Notes under the pieces: generated by a model
The model's database searches: none
The model's input: the letters and a program-made list of their open reading frames with translations, nothing else
What the model was told of the DNA's origin: nothing
Shown: one piece after another, positions 50,233 to 61,226 of the stretch
Layout: each line of letters opens with the position of its first letter
Numbering within the stretch: position 1 is the first letter of the stretch
Made by a program: the position numbers and the translations under genes
Assembly: GCA_963796105.1 (NCBI GenBank)
Contig: CAWCKJ010000002.1
Location: forward strand, 224,001-288,000
From: a candidate division FCPU426 bacterium
GTDB lineage: Bacteria; Oederibacteriota; Muellerivitia; Muellerivitales; Muellerivitaceae
DNA: 64,000 nt
Direction: 5' to 3'

Positions 50233-50376
50233 TAGCTTGAACCCCGCAAAAGTTAAGAATGGTTGGAGGCTGTATTTTATCCACTTGCTGGGAATCAGTC
50301 ACTTCACTTTGAGATTGGTTTTAGGACGCTTCAAGGAATGGAAGGGGACTTAAAACGGAAATGAAGAGGGTGGAAA

Positions 50377-50838
50377 CTAATTGATCCGGCTCAAGGTAAT
50401 ATCGTTGGATAACCCGCTTTTTTCACCGGGAATCGAAGCCTTCCCAACGGCGTAACTACCTCTCAGGACCCATTGGTTATTGACGAGATATCCCATTAGG
50501 TTGACCTGGTTTAATTTCGATTCCGTCATCCATTCCAGATTCAAGATGGGGCTTGATCCATTGCCGGTATAAACCCACCCGAATTTGACATCCTTGACCT
50601 CTTGGCCCGCAAGAAAAACCCTCGCGTTTTGTTTATTCAAGTTGTCCAAATCAGAAAGAATGATTTTTAATCCATCCTTGGAGTCTTTGACAACCCAAGC
50701 GCCGTTGAAGAGATTTGGTCCCGTATAAAGGGTTGAGTTCAGATCGTGATTTGGAAATACCACAAATCCTCGGAGGGGATACAAAATAAAAAAGGCCAAT
50801 AAGATTATGGCCCCGTATGAAAAATATTTTAAGTTCAC
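50377..50838 (-). CDS. Hypothetical exported or membrane-anchored protein
   Basis: 153-aa ORF with an N-terminal hydrophobic segment. Confidence 0.55.
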   Translation of the reverse strand: MNLKYFSYGAIILLAFFILYPLRGFVVFPNHDLNSTLYTGPNLFNGAWVVKDSKDGLKIILSDLDNLNKQNARVFLAGQEVKDVKFGWVYTGNGSSPILNLEWMTESKLNQVNLMGYLVNNQWVLRGSYAVGKASIPGEKSGLSNDITLSRIN

Positions 50839-51165
50839 TTTTTTAGTTTCCCAAAGACGAAGTTCACTTGATTGAAGTATCTCGTAGAAAATAAAAATAC
50901 GCCAGCGACAGTGTATTAAATATGTTAGACCACAAATTTAGATTTTTAATTTTCGAGTTGCGCCAAAGTGAACCGGTTACAAAGAAAGAAATGAGGACTC
51001 GTGGGGAAGTAAGTTGAATGACAGGGATAGAATCGAATCTTTGTTAAATCGTTTTGGAATGGCGATGATTTATCACAACTGTCCTGATAAAACTAAAACT
51101 GGGAAACTAAAATTTTTGAAAATCAAGAATACTTAAACATAAAAAGGTTCAGGCAAAACCAAGTC

Positions 51166-51267
51166 CTTAGCCACAGATTCAGGGGATGCACGCGGATAGA
51201 CAAAGAAAAAAGGCTTTAAATGTTTATGCTTATTAAATCCAATGAATCCCATGTATCCGTGGCTAAG
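51166..51267. repeat. Compact palindromic REP-like element
   Basis: CTTAGCCACAGAT...ATCCGTGGCTAAG ends with an AT-rich core. Confidence 0.7.
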
Positions 51268-51293
51268 TATCATTTTAGATAGGTGTGAGGATT

Positions 51294-52037
51294 TTATATT
51301 TGAATTTTCGAGAAAAGATAACTTCCCACCACCAGAAGCAGGGCCGAGCAAAGGCTCAATACCATGAAATCCAGGCCTGAACCGTAGAAAGCCGTTTGCC
51401 CCAAGGCCGCCCTCAGGCCGTCGATCCCGTAGGAAAGCGGGTTCAAGGTCGTCACCAGCGCCATTCCCTTCGGAAGCTCGGAGAGAGGGAACATCGCCCC
51501 CGACATGAAGAAAAGCGGCATGAAAAGAAAATTCATGATGAGGGGAAAGCTTTGCATATCGTTCACCTGGGAGGCCAGCGCCGTGCCTGCGGCGGTGAAG
51601 AGCAGGGCGATGAGGAACATGAAAACCAGGGCCAATGGCAGGGCCGAGAGGGAAGGACGGAACCCGAAGAGGTAAGCCAGGCCGAAAACGATCATACCCT
51701 GGAGAAGGGCCACCGTGGCGCCTCCCAAGGTGCGGCCAATCATGATATGGAGCCTGGGCACGGGAGCCACCAGGGTTTCCTTTAAAAAACCAAACTGCCG
51801 GTCCCAGATGATTTCCACCCCCGAAAAGACGCCCGTGAAGAGAATGCTCATGGAGATGACCCCTGGCGCCAGGAACTGCAGATAGTCGCCCTTGCCCGCC
51901 TGGGAAAAGATCTTCCCGAAACCAAAGCCGAAGGCCAATAGGAAAATCAATGGCTGGCCGAGGGAGCCGATCATCCGGGGTTTGGAGCGGAAATACCGCT
52001 TTAATTGGCGAAGCCACATGATGTAAATGGTGCTCAT
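51294..52037 (-). CDS. ABC-2 type permease (DrrB-like)
   Basis: FLAPG; WDRQFGFLKETLVAPV; NPLSYGIDGLR. Confidence 0.92.
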   Translation of the reverse strand: MSTIYIMWLRQLKRYFRSKPRMIGSLGQPLIFLLAFGFGFGKIFSQAGKGDYLQFLAPGVISMSILFTGVFSGVEIIWDRQFGFLKETLVAPVPRLHIMIGRTLGGATVALLQGMIVFGLAYLFGFRPSLSALPLALVFMFLIALLFTAAGTALASQVNDMQSFPLIMNFLFMPLFFMSGAMFPLSELPKGMALVTTLNPLSYGIDGLRAALGQTAFYGSGLDFMVLSLCSALLLVVGSYLFSKIQI

Positions 52038-52038
52038 G

Positions 52039-52836
52039 TCAGCGCCTCCACAATTTTCGATGCATTCGCATGGCATCCACACTCGAGGCGTCCTCATCCC
52101 TGAGGGAATGGCCAGTAAGCTTGATGAAGGCTTCCTCCAGGGTTTTGACCTTGGCCTTCTTCTTGAGCGAAGCCGGCGTTCCCCTGGCCACGATTTTGCC
52201 GTGATCCACGATGGTCACCTCATCCGCAACGCGGTCGGCCTCCTCCATGTAATGGGTAGTGAAAAAAACCGTGATTTTTTCCCTTTTGTTGAGGCCTTGG
52301 ATGTAGTTCCAGATATGGTTGCGGGTTTGGGGGTCCAGGCCCACGGTGGGCTCATCCAGGAAAAGGATCTTGGGATGGTGCAAGAGGCCCCTGGCGACTT
52401 CCAGCCGGCGTTTCATGCCCCCCGAAAACTGTTTGACCAAGTCGTTTTTGCGGTCCCAAAGCTCGACGATCTTGAGGAGTTCTTCTGTACGCGTTCTTCT
52501 CAATTCCTTGGGTACCTTGTAAAGGACACCGTGGAATTCCATGTTTTCCCACGCGGTCAATTCGTCATCCAGGCTGGGGTCCTGAAAAACGATACCGAAA
52601 GTCCGGCGCACGCTGGTTTGGTTGACCGCTGGATCGTTGCCGTCCAGGAGGATTTGCCCTTTTGTGGGGTTCAGCAATGTGGTGAGCATCTTGATGGAAG
52701 TGGTCTTGCCCGCGCCGTTAGGGCCGAGAAAACCGAAGATTTGCCCCTTTTCCACGGAGAAGGAAATGTCGTCCACTGCGGTGAAATTACCGAATTTTTT
52801 GGTGAGGTTTTTAACCTCGATGATGGCTTCTTTCAT
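52039..52836 (-). CDS. ABC transporter ATP-binding protein (DrrA-like)
   Basis: GPNGAGKT, FSGGM, DEPTVGLDP, TTHYMEEA. Confidence 0.93.
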   Translation of the reverse strand: MKEAIIEVKNLTKKFGNFTAVDDISFSVEKGQIFGFLGPNGAGKTTSIKMLTTLLNPTKGQILLDGNDPAVNQTSVRRTFGIVFQDPSLDDELTAWENMEFHGVLYKVPKELRRTRTEELLKIVELWDRKNDLVKQFSGGMKRRLEVARGLLHHPKILFLDEPTVGLDPQTRNHIWNYIQGLNKREKITVFFTTHYMEEADRVADEVTIVDHGKIVARGTPASLKKKAKVKTLEEAFIKLTGHSLRDEDASSVDAMRMHRKLWRR

Positions 52837-52894
52837 GACGGTCTTTCTAGCATAATTTTAGGGACGGGCCAAGAGATAGTGACTTTTTTACCGC

Positions 52895-54082
52895 TTATAA
52901 AGCTTGCCCGGCGGCCCAGCCGGAAGACCAGGCCCATTGGAAATTAAAGCCTCCGAGTTCGCCTGTCACGTCCAGGACCTCTCCGATGAAATAAAGACCT
53001 GGCACCTTATTTGATTCCATGGTTTTGGGCGATAACTCCCTGGTGTCCAGCCCGCCCCTGGTCACTTCAGCCTGCCGGTAGCCAAAGGTATCGGCGGGAA
53101 TGAAGCGGTACTCATGAATATCCTTGGCCAGCGCCAGGAGCTTCGCGTCGGAAAGGGCCGCCCAGGACCCACGCGCTTCCGCGTGCCAGGCGATGCGGTT
53201 CGCGAGGCGTGTGGGAATCCTTTTTTCGTACCAGACCCGGAACTCTCCCCGGCCCCCCGCGACCTTGTCCTTTTTCAATTCCTGATAGGTTGTTTCAACC
53301 GTCATTTCCGGAATCCAATTGATCACGATCTCCTTGCCAGGTTTCCACACCAGGGAGGCGTTGAGAATGACAGGGCCGCTGAGTCCCTGGTGGGTGATCA
53401 TGAGGTCCTCTTCCAGTTTCCATTTACCGCAGGAAACCCGTACCCGCAGATGGATTCCGGCCAGGTCCTTGAAGCGTTCCAATTCCCGGGCGGGAAATAG
53501 AAGTCCCGTCAGGGCAGGCGCCGGCTCAAGCACTTTCAGGCCAAATTGCCCGGCGATCTTGAAACCCAGGTCTGTGGCGCCCAGCTGGGGCCAGGATAAT
53601 CCGCCGGTGGCCACGACCAACTTAGGGGCTGAAAAGGTTTCCCCCCCGGATTCGACCGTAAAAATTCCCACTGAATGGGCCACTTTTTCGATTTTCTTTC
53701 CCAGAAGCAGGGTCGCGCCGCTTTCCGATACTTTGGAGGTCAATAGTTCGATGATCGCCTTGGCGCTCTTGTCGCAAAAGAGCTGGCCGTCCTTCTTTTC
53801 ATGGTAGGGAATGGCGCGCTTCTTGACGAGCGCGATGAAATCCTTCGGGGTGAACCCGGAGAGGGCCAGAGTCGAGAATTTCTGGTTTGAGGAGATGTAA
53901 TGGTAGGGGGTGACATGCAGGTTAGTGAAATTACAGCGGCCACCCCCGGAAACCAGGATTTTGGGGGCGGGTTTGGCGCCTTGCTCCAGGACCAGGACCT
54001 TACGGCCTCTGGCTGCGGCCTCGGAGGCGCACATCAGGCCCGAGGCCCCGCCTCCCAGCACGATGACATCATGTGTGTTCAT
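52895..54082 (-). CDS. HI0933/BaiN-family flavoprotein
   Basis: GGGASG; KILVSGGGRCNFTN; ATGGLS.P; GEVLDVTGELGGFNFQWAW. Confidence 0.93.
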   Translation of the reverse strand: MNTHDVIVLGGGASGLMCASEAAARGRKVLVLEQGAKPAPKILVSGGGRCNFTNLHVTPYHYISSNQKFSTLALSGFTPKDFIALVKKRAIPYHEKKDGQLFCDKSAKAIIELLTSKVSESGATLLLGKKIEKVAHSVGIFTVESGGETFSAPKLVVATGGLSWPQLGATDLGFKIAGQFGLKVLEPAPALTGLLFPARELERFKDLAGIHLRVRVSCGKWKLEEDLMITHQGLSGPVILNASLVWKPGKEIVINWIPEMTVETTYQELKKDKVAGGRGEFRVWYEKRIPTRLANRIAWHAEARGSWAALSDAKLLALAKDIHEYRFIPADTFGYRQAEVTRGGLDTRELSPKTMESNKVPGLYFIGEVLDVTGELGGFNFQWAWSSGWAAGQAL

Positions 54083-54163
54083 GCCGATAAGATAACAGGC
54101 GGGGGATTCAAGGAGAAATTAAAATGAAAGGGTGTAAAACAGGAAAGGGGACAGCAATTTGGA

Positions 54164-54655
54164 TTAATTTCCAATGGGTGGGTTTAGTTCAAGTATCTGG
54201 AGTGCCACATCCGCGACTGATTTTTTCACCTGAAGTCTCACCCCTCCAAACACCATGTTGGCGGAGTAAATGGAAACGATTTGCTCATCCGCGACATAAG
54301 CCTCGATTCCTTCCGATTCCAGTTTGCTCTGGGCCAGGTTGGCCTCCATCGGGTTGCCGTACCGGGCGATGGTGACAAGATCGTCGGTTTTTTCCTCGGC
54401 GGTTAACTCCCGCAATTGTTTCCCACAGGAGCCGCAAAAGGGGCTCACGGGATTGTACTTTTTTCCGCAATAGGGGCATTTGCCTTGAGCCTGGGCCTTT
54501 TCCAATTTGAGGGTTTTGAGGCATTCCGGTTTACGGCAATAATAATGCTCGGGGCCCTCGACAGCGCAATCATTACAAAGCCAGTCTTGGCATTGATGGC
54601 AGAAACTAACGGCTTCCATGCCGGGATGGTTGACGCAAATATGCTCGGGTTTCAT
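54164..54655 (-). CDS. B-box/zinc-ribbon plus DUF2007 domain protein
   Basis: CVNHP...CHQC...CNDC; CPYCG...CGSCG; EANLAQSKLESEGIEA...GGVRLQV. Confidence 0.8.
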   Translation of the reverse strand: MKPEHICVNHPGMEAVSFCHQCQDWLCNDCAVEGPEHYYCRKPECLKTLKLEKAQAQGKCPYCGKKYNPVSPFCGSCGKQLRELTAEEKTDDLVTIARYGNPMEANLAQSKLESEGIEAYVADEQIVSIYSANMVFGGVRLQVKKSVADVALQILELNPPIGN

Positions 54656-54832
54656 TTTTAACGGGCTCCTTAATGAATAGTTTACCTGGCAAACAAAGTA
54701 TCGTCTTATAAAATTTGCTTTTAACAGGTAAATAATATTCCCCTGGATTGCTTTTTAAAGTTATACGACTCATATTAAAAATAATTCAAATTCATCCAAT
54801 TAAAACCGATTCATGCTCTGGGGGAGCCAAAC

Positions 54833-55984
54833 ATGAAAACACAGGTTTTGAGGACCTCGATTGAGGTTGATCGAAAAAAATTCACTGTTGAAACCGCCTA
54901 TCATGAGACGGGGAAGAACCTGATTTCCACCATCCATTGGGACGATAAGATACTAACCCGGCGGGAATTAGAGGTAACGCCTGAAATGGCCGGGCCCGAT
55001 CGAAAGCACCTTGAGGAATTCATCTCCCAGACCCATCAAGCCTTTACCTCAGACCTTCAATCCCTGTTTACCATCGCCAGAAAAATAGATGAGCAACCTA
55101 CACCGGACAAGTGTTTCATGATGGGAATTCTTTTCCTATCGAGGAACCTGATGGCGGAAGCCCTGGCTCGATTTCAAGCGGTTCTCTCCATAGACCCCTC
55201 CCATATCCAGGCAATCAAGTATTACGGGGTGGTGTTGACCCTTCAGGAGGATTACGAGGGAGCCAAGTATGTCCTTTCCGGCGCCTTGGAAGCCGCGTCA
55301 AAATACCCGGATATTTATTTTTGCCTGGGGAATGTTTACTTATACCAACGTAAGTTCAAGGAGGCCAAGAAATGCTACATTTCGGCCCTCCAAATCAATC
55401 CCGCCTACGCGGACGCCCACTGGAAAATGGCGGCTTGCGCCTTGGGCATTCTCTCCGACGAGAGAAACCCCCTGCCTGTATCCGATATTCAGGATCATGT
55501 CTCGGAGGCTGAGCAGGAAGCCCAGCTGGCTATTCGACAAAACGACTTGTTCAACAGCGTCCCGGCCAAGAAAGCGATTGGAAACCTCAGGGAAGGGAAG
55601 TTCCAGGAGGCTTACAGTTTATTTCTGGAGGCAAGGCCCAAATACACCACCAAAACCGGCGCCGAGGAGATTTATTTCTACTCCCTCAAGCTTTTGTACG
55701 GAGAGAAAGGCGTGAGCGCCCCTGAGACGGAAATATATATCCGGCTTTTAGAACAATTGGTCGAGGGGTATCCGAACTACGCAGACCTTCGCTTCCATTT
55801 CAGCATGGCACAGATGGTCAAGTCCAATTTCATCGTGGGACGGTCCCTTCGGGAAATGAACAAGGCCATTGAGGCCAATCCGAGGTTCGAAAAGGCCCGA
55901 GCCAACGCCGACCTCGTGGGGGATATATATAAAAAAATCCTATTGATCATGCGCAACGCCTATCAATCCTCTGCCGGAGAATAA
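54833..55984 (+). CDS. Tetratricopeptide repeat protein
   Basis: YPDIYFCLGNVY...ALQINPAYADAH TPR units. Confidence 0.85.
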   Translation: MKTQVLRTSIEVDRKKFTVETAYHETGKNLISTIHWDDKILTRRELEVTPEMAGPDRKHLEEFISQTHQAFTSDLQSLFTIARKIDEQPTPDKCFMMGILFLSRNLMAEALARFQAVLSIDPSHIQAIKYYGVVLTLQEDYEGAKYVLSGALEAASKYPDIYFCLGNVYLYQRKFKEAKKCYISALQINPAYADAHWKMAACALGILSDERNPLPVSDIQDHVSEAEQEAQLAIRQNDLFNSVPAKKAIGNLREGKFQEAYSLFLEARPKYTTKTGAEEIYFYSLKLLYGEKGVSAPETEIYIRLLEQLVEGYPNYADLRFHFSMAQMVKSNFIVGRSLREMNKAIEANPRFEKARANADLVGDIYKKILLIMRNAYQSSAGE

Positions 55985-56208
55985 CAACTCCAAGACACTT
56001 TGGGATTATGGCATAGGTTTGTCGAGAAAATTTAGCTCCCCTAAGCCCGCTTGTTTTTCCGTTTTAAATGAATGAAATAAACGGTAATTTGATTAATCGT
56101 TAAAACGGCAACAAATAAATGAAATAAACGTGTATAATTACAAGTAGAGGTGGTTGTTTACGATTAAGATGGTTTTGAGATGTTGTTGAACCGAAAAGGA
56201 GGCAGTTT

Positions 56209-56664
56209 ATGTTTCGTTTGAAAGCGAAGGGTTTCACGTTGATTGAACTGATGATCGTTGTCGCGATCATCGGAATTTTGGCGGCTATCGCCATCCCGCG
56301 TTTCGCGCAGATGCTGGAAAAATCTCGCGAAGGGTCCACGAAGGGAAATCTGGGAAGCCTGAAGTCTGCGGCGTCGATCTATTATGGCGATGCCCAGGGA
56401 GTTTGGCCCACGACTTTGCAGGCCTTCAGTAGTTATTCCTTCAGCAAGTATTTGGACAATATTTCGCCTGTGAAGGTGACGGGGTCCTTTGTGGTTGGAG
56501 CAACAAGCCCCGCTGGCGCCATCGTGTCGATGACAACGATGGTTTCAGTCCCAACGACGAATGGAACTGGCTGGTTGTACGACAGCACGATGGGAAATGT
56601 GTACGTCAACAGCACGGTTCAAGACTCAAAGCAGATCCCGTATTCGTTCTACGGGTTTGAGTGA
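56209..56664 (+). CDS. Type IV pilin / prepilin-type protein
   Basis: G|FTLIELMIVVAIIGILAAIAIP cleavage/methylation motif; AGGAGG RBS. Confidence 0.93.
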   Translation: MFRLKAKGFTLIELMIVVAIIGILAAIAIPRFAQMLEKSREGSTKGNLGSLKSAASIYYGDAQGVWPTTLQAFSSYSFSKYLDNISPVKVTGSFVVGATSPAGAIVSMTTMVSVPTTNGTGWLYDSTMGNVYVNSTVQDSKQIPYSFYGFE

Positions 56665-56688
56665 GATGGTTTAGAAATTAAGGAAGTT

Positions 56689-56722
56689 AAAAAGGGCGGC
56701 GAATTTTCGCCGCCCTTTTTTT
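56689..56722. terminator. Bidirectional intrinsic terminator between the pilin gene and rpoD paralogue 2
   Basis: AAAAAGGGCGGCGAA-TT-TTCGCCGCCCTTTTTTT. Confidence 0.88.
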
Positions 56723-56824
56723 ATGCCTGGTTATATTGGCACCCTTACGTTAGCCGAAAGGATTCCCGTTAAAATTCATGTGTCCTTTATGATATTTCAC
56801 CGGGCATGGGTGAAACCTAGGGCT

Positions 56825-58630
56825 TTATATATCGAGATAATTTTTAAGGACGCGGCTTCTCGAGGGATGCCTTAGTTTCTTTAAGGCTTTGGCCTCGATT
56901 TGGCGCACCCGCTCCCGCGTGACGTGGAATACATTTCCCACTTCCTCCAGGGTCCGGGGAGGGCCGTTGTCCAGCCCGAAGCGCTGTCTCAAAACCTCCG
57001 CTTCCCGGTCCTTGAGCGTTCCCAGGGCCTTGGTGATTTTTTCCTTGAGAAGGGCGAATGCCGCGGCGTTATCCGGGCTGATGGCGTCCTTATCCGCGAT
57101 GAAATCCCCCAGATGGCTGTCCTGCTCTTCTCCCACAGGTGTTTCCAGGGAAATCGGCGACTGGGCGACCTTGAGGCAGGAACGGATTTTTTCCACCGGC
57201 AATTCCAGGCGCTCGGCGATTTCGTCCACCGTGGGCTCGTGACCCAATTCCTGGACCAGGTCCCGGGAGGCCTTCACGGACTTGTTGATGATCTCGTTCA
57301 TATGCACCGGGACCCGGATGGTCCGGGCTTGGTCCGCGATGGCGCGGGTAATGGCCTGTCGGACCCACCAGGTGGCGTAGGTGGAGAATTTGTAGCCCCT
57401 GCGGTACTCGAATTTCTCGACTCCCCTCATCAGGCCGATGTTTCCCTCCTGGATGAGATCCAGGAAGGGCAGTCCGCGGTTGACGTATTTCTTGGCGATG
57501 GAAATGACCAGCCGGAGGTTGGCCTCCACCATCTCCATTCGGGCGCGGTAGGCCTCGCGCTCGCCCGTGCGGATTCCGTGCATCATGATCTTGACATGCT
57601 CCCGGCCGGCCATGGCTTTCTTCTCGAGGCGCTTGATATTGCGCCGCGCGTCGTCCCAGAACCTGCAGGCTTCGGTGAAATCCCGGCCCTTCAGGGCGCT
57701 TTTCTTCTCCAGCGTTTTGAGCTCGGCGGGATCGCCGTGCTTGACAGCGCCGGGAAGCTTGAGATAGTACTCGGGGGAGAGCTTCAACTTCCTGTCCTGC
57801 TGGTGCATGACGTGTTCCTGCTCTTCGATGGCCTCCCCGGGGCCGTGGAGGCAGCTCAAAAGGCGTTCCTTGACCTTCTTCTGGAACTGACAGTCCTTGA
57901 CCAGCCAGATAAGATCAATGAGGGTTTCGTCCAGCTTCGCCGCGAGATCTTTCCGCTTTCCGACTTCCATGTTTTTCCAACCCACCTTGTGCTGCATGGC
58001 CTTGATCTTCCGCTCCAGAATCTTGAGTTTGGAATAGTTTTTCTTGAGCTTGGCCAGGATCTTCTTCTCGGGGGGGCCCGCGGGAAGGTCCTCGTAGGGC
58101 TCCAAATTAATGGTCTCCTGGAGGGTTTTCCGCTTCTTGAGGATGTCCTCGAGGAGGGCGTGAAGTTCCACGAAACCCAGGGCCGATCCCAGGACTATTT
58201 TCTCATGTTTGAATTCGCCAGCCTCGATGCGCTTGGCAATGGCGATTTCCTGGTCGCGGGTTAGGAGTGAAATGCGCCCCATCTCCCGGAGGTACATTTT
58301 CACCGGGTCGGCCATCCTGGCCTCGACCCCCGGGGTGAGGGCGGCCTTATCGAACTCTTCGCCGTTTCCTTCCTCATCATCTCCTGCCGCGGCTCCGGAG
58401 GGCGCGACAACGGCCTTGCCATCCTCGCCGAGGCCTTCGTCCTTCTTGTCCCGGTCCACGATCTTGACGTCGTTATCTCCCAGCAAAAGGAGGATTTCAT
58501 CAATTTCAGCGGAGGAAACAGCCTCTTCCGGCAGGAAGTCGTTCACTTGCTTGTAGGTGATATAGCCTTTTTCCTTGCCGACCTTGAGGATGTTCTTGGC
58601 TCGGTCGATCTTGGACATGTCTGGCTTCAT
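56825..58630 (-). CDS. rpoD: RpoD-like group 1 sigma-70 factor, paralogue 2
   Basis: Region 1.1, 1.2 ([11 protein letters not shown]), 2 ([32 protein letters not shown]), 4.2 (TRERVRQIE). Confidence 0.93.
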   Translation of the reverse strand: MKPDMSKIDRAKNILKVGKEKGYITYKQVNDFLPEEAVSSAEIDEILLLLGDNDVKIVDRDKKDEGLGEDGKAVVAPSGAAAGDDEEGNGEEFDKAALTPGVEARMADPVKMYLREMGRISLLTRDQEIAIAKRIEAGEFKHEKIVLGSALGFVELHALLEDILKKRKTLQETINLEPYEDLPAGPPEKKILAKLKKNYSKLKILERKIKAMQHKVGWKNMEVGKRKDLAAKLDETLIDLIWLVKDCQFQKKVKERLLSCLHGPGEAIEEQEHVMHQQDRKLKLSPEYYLKLPGAVKHGDPAELKTLEKKSALKGRDFTEACRFWDDARRNIKRLEKKAMAGREHVKIMMHGIRTGEREAYRARMEMVEANLRLVISIAKKYVNRGLPFLDLIQEGNIGLMRGVEKFEYRRGYKFSTYATWWVRQAITRAIADQARTIRVPVHMNEIINKSVKASRDLVQELGHEPTVDEIAERLELPVEKIRSCLKVAQSPISLETPVGEEQDSHLGDFIADKDAISPDNAAAFALLKEKITKALGTLKDREAEVLRQRFGLDNGPPRTLEEVGNVFHVTRERVRQIEAKALKKLRHPSRSRVLKNYLDI

Positions 58631-58851
58631 GGTTTCTCCGTCTGTGGGGATATCCGCTATTGAGGGGGGGCATCTTACTTGAATTGGCCGTCAAAAGCTT
58701 ATAATTCGTGAAGGATACCACGATTATTTTGAATATGTTGGACAATTACCGGCGGGGCTTTCTAGTCAAAACAATCGATAAATTATGGAAATAACGGTTT
58801 AAGCCACATTTATCGGAATTTATCCGGCTATTTAACCCAAGCTGGAGAGGA

Positions 58852-59805
58852 TCAGTTCTCGGAACTGGCGTGGTTGAGCTTTTCAAGGGCGGATTCGTCC
58901 AATTCCAACCGAGTGGCGGCGATGAGGTCCTGCAGCTGTTCTAAACTGGTCGCGCTGGCGATGGGCGCCGTGACGCTGGGCCGGGACAAGAGCCAGGCTA
59001 GGGCCACGCATGCGGGTTTGGAGTTGTAATCCCGGGCGACGTCATCCAGGGCTCCGAGAATTCGCCAGCCCTTGTCGTTCATGTATTTGCTGACCCGGTC
59101 CGCGCGGGAGCTTTTGGAAAGGTCGGCTCCGGGCCGGTATTTGCCCGTGAGGAATCCCGCCGCCAATGAGAAGTATGGGATCACCCCGAGATTTTTCTCA
59201 CGGCATAGGGGCTCCAGGTGCCATTCATAATCCGCGCGTTCGCAAAGGTTATAATGAGGTTGAAGGCTCACATAGGAGGGCAGCTGGTTCTTTCCGCTCA
59301 CTTCCAGGGATTCGGCAAGCCTTTCGGCGGTGAAATTAGAGGCCCCAATAGTCCTCACTTTCCCCTGCTTGATCAGTTCGCCATAGGCTCCCAGGCTTTC
59401 CTCCAGCCGGGTTTTTAGGTCATCCCAATGGGACTGGTAAAGGTCGATCCTATCCGTTTGGAGCCGGCGGAGGGAGGCCTCCGCTTGTTTCAGGATCTGT
59501 GCCTTGGATAAGCCAGCGTCACCCAAGCCAACTTCTGATCCCACCTTTGTGGCAATTACCACCTTCCCCCGATTTCCACGGCTTTTCATCCACTTCCCCA
59601 GGATGATTTCCGATTCGCCTCCCAGGTGGCCCGGCACCCAGCGCGAATAGCTGTTAGCCGTGTCGATGGCGTCAAAACCGGCTTCGACAAAAGCATCCAG
59701 GATATTGAAAGACGTAGGCTCGTCCGCCGTCCATCCGAAGACATTCCCTCCAAATACTAGGGGAGCTATTTCCAGGCCGGATTTTCCTAATTCGCGTCTT
59801 TGCAT
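58852..59805 (-). CDS. Aldo/keto reductase
   Basis: GGNVFGW, IDTANSY, IATKVG, SLRRLQTDRIDLYQSH. Confidence 0.93.
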   Translation of the reverse strand: MQRRELGKSGLEIAPLVFGGNVFGWTADEPTSFNILDAFVEAGFDAIDTANSYSRWVPGHLGGESEIILGKWMKSRGNRGKVVIATKVGSEVGLGDAGLSKAQILKQAEASLRRLQTDRIDLYQSHWDDLKTRLEESLGAYGELIKQGKVRTIGASNFTAERLAESLEVSGKNQLPSYVSLQPHYNLCERADYEWHLEPLCREKNLGVIPYFSLAAGFLTGKYRPGADLSKSSRADRVSKYMNDKGWRILGALDDVARDYNSKPACVALAWLLSRPSVTAPIASATSLEQLQDLIAATRLELDESALEKLNHASSEN

Positions 59806-60048
59806 TTGGACCCTCCAAAGTAAATAGGGGGATATCATGGGGTTAAACCAAATTGGATTTCAAGCCTACGAGCCGGTTGTTATCCATAGGGCATAGTTTA
59901 ACCTTGGGGATAAACAGGGGATTCCATTTGATTTTATTATGTCAAACGCTTAAGAATGTCCCTGCTCGAGGTAGGGATGGATTTCCAAAACCACGGCGAT
60001 CCAAGAAATACGCGGCCATCAATCAGCCGGAATAATAGGGGCAAAGCA

Positions 60049-61137
60049 ATGAAAGGAAAGATAAACCGGCGGCGTTCCTGGAATAGCCGGAATTTGATAA
60101 TTCGAGTTTCTGGATGGATAAGGGGAGCGTTTGATACATTCGGAAAATCCAGGATTAAACAAACTATTGGACTCTGTGTTTTGTTAACCGCCATTATCGC
60201 GGGTTTTTGTTTTCGGAAGAATTTCCACGTTCCCCGCCTAACGCCAATACCAGGAGAGGTTTGGACCCAAGCTGCCTCCTCCTCGGTTTTCACCGCCAGG
60301 TATTTTCAGTCCGGCGTTGTTTTTAACGATGCCATGTGGATTATCGGGGGAAACAACGGACACGAATTCCTGAATGACGTCTGGTCCTCCACGGATGGTA
60401 TTAACTGGAAGCTCGTCACGGGAGACGCGGTTTTTAACCCGAGATACTCGCACGCATCGGTGGTTTATGACGGGAAAATTTGGGTCATCGGAGGTTTTGA
60501 CCATGCGTTTAAAAACGATGTTTGGTCCTCCGCCGACGGGGCTCATTGGGCCCAGGTCACGCCCGAGGCGGCTTTCAGCCCGAGGGCGGCCATGTCCTGC
60601 GTGGTTTTTAACAACGCCATATACCTCATCGGAGGATATTCCAAGACGGCGGGTGGCGAAAAAAACGATGTTTGGACCTCTACCGACGGGGCTCATTGGT
60701 CGCCCGTTGTCATGGCGGCGCCTTTTCAGCCCCGGGATATCTTCAGCAGTGTGACCCTAAACGGCTCGATTTGGGTGATCACCGGGCTTCATACCGTTGG
60801 GAGCAGCGCTTCTGTTTATAACGACATATGGTCTTCCTCCAACGGAATCGATTGGGCGGAAGTAACAGACAAAGGGGAATTTTCTGGACGCTATGGGCAG
60901 ACATCAGTTGTTTTTAACGAAGCCCTTTGGGTGATCGGGGGGAATATCGGGCTATCGCCGTATCTCAACGATGTTTGGCGCTCGAAAGACGGCGCCCATT
61001 GGGACCCAATCACGACAAGGGCATCTTTCCCTGAAAGATATGCCCACACCAGTTTGGTTTTTAAAGGCAAAATGTGGGTTCTCGCCGGACTCTATTCCAA
61101 TTCCACGCCCTTGAACGACGTCTGGTACTCGCCTTAA
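60049..61137 (+). CDS. Kelch-like beta-propeller protein, membrane-anchored
   Basis: Six repeats of W.IGG....NDVW.S.DG..W; start uncertain. Confidence 0.8.
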   Translation: MKGKINRRRSWNSRNLIIRVSGWIRGAFDTFGKSRIKQTIGLCVLLTAIIAGFCFRKNFHVPRLTPIPGEVWTQAASSSVFTARYFQSGVVFNDAMWIIGGNNGHEFLNDVWSSTDGINWKLVTGDAVFNPRYSHASVVYDGKIWVIGGFDHAFKNDVWSSADGAHWAQVTPEAAFSPRAAMSCVVFNNAIYLIGGYSKTAGGEKNDVWTSTDGAHWSPVVMAAPFQPRDIFSSVTLNGSIWVITGLHTVGSSASVYNDIWSSSNGIDWAEVTDKGEFSGRYGQTSVVFNEALWVIGGNIGLSPYLNDVWRSKDGAHWDPITTRASFPERYAHTSLVFKGKMWVLAGLYSNSTPLNDVWYSP

Positions 61138-61226
61138 ACAGGACGGCCAACATTCCGAAAGCCCTTTATTTTTGGCGCTTACACCCTTATCCTTTCACCC
61201 CCATTCTCTAAAAACCAAAGGACATC

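Noticed and set aside
56900..58264. Long antisense ORFs over rpoD paralogue 2 (and similar ones over the GGDEF, EAL, MCP and ABC genes)
   Set aside because: Typical GC-rich antisense shadows of well-supported genes.
58810..58836. Sigma-28 promoter for rpoD paralogue 2 (TAAA...TCCGATAA on the minus strand)
   Set aside because: Spacer is 13 bp rather than the usual 15; too weak to call.
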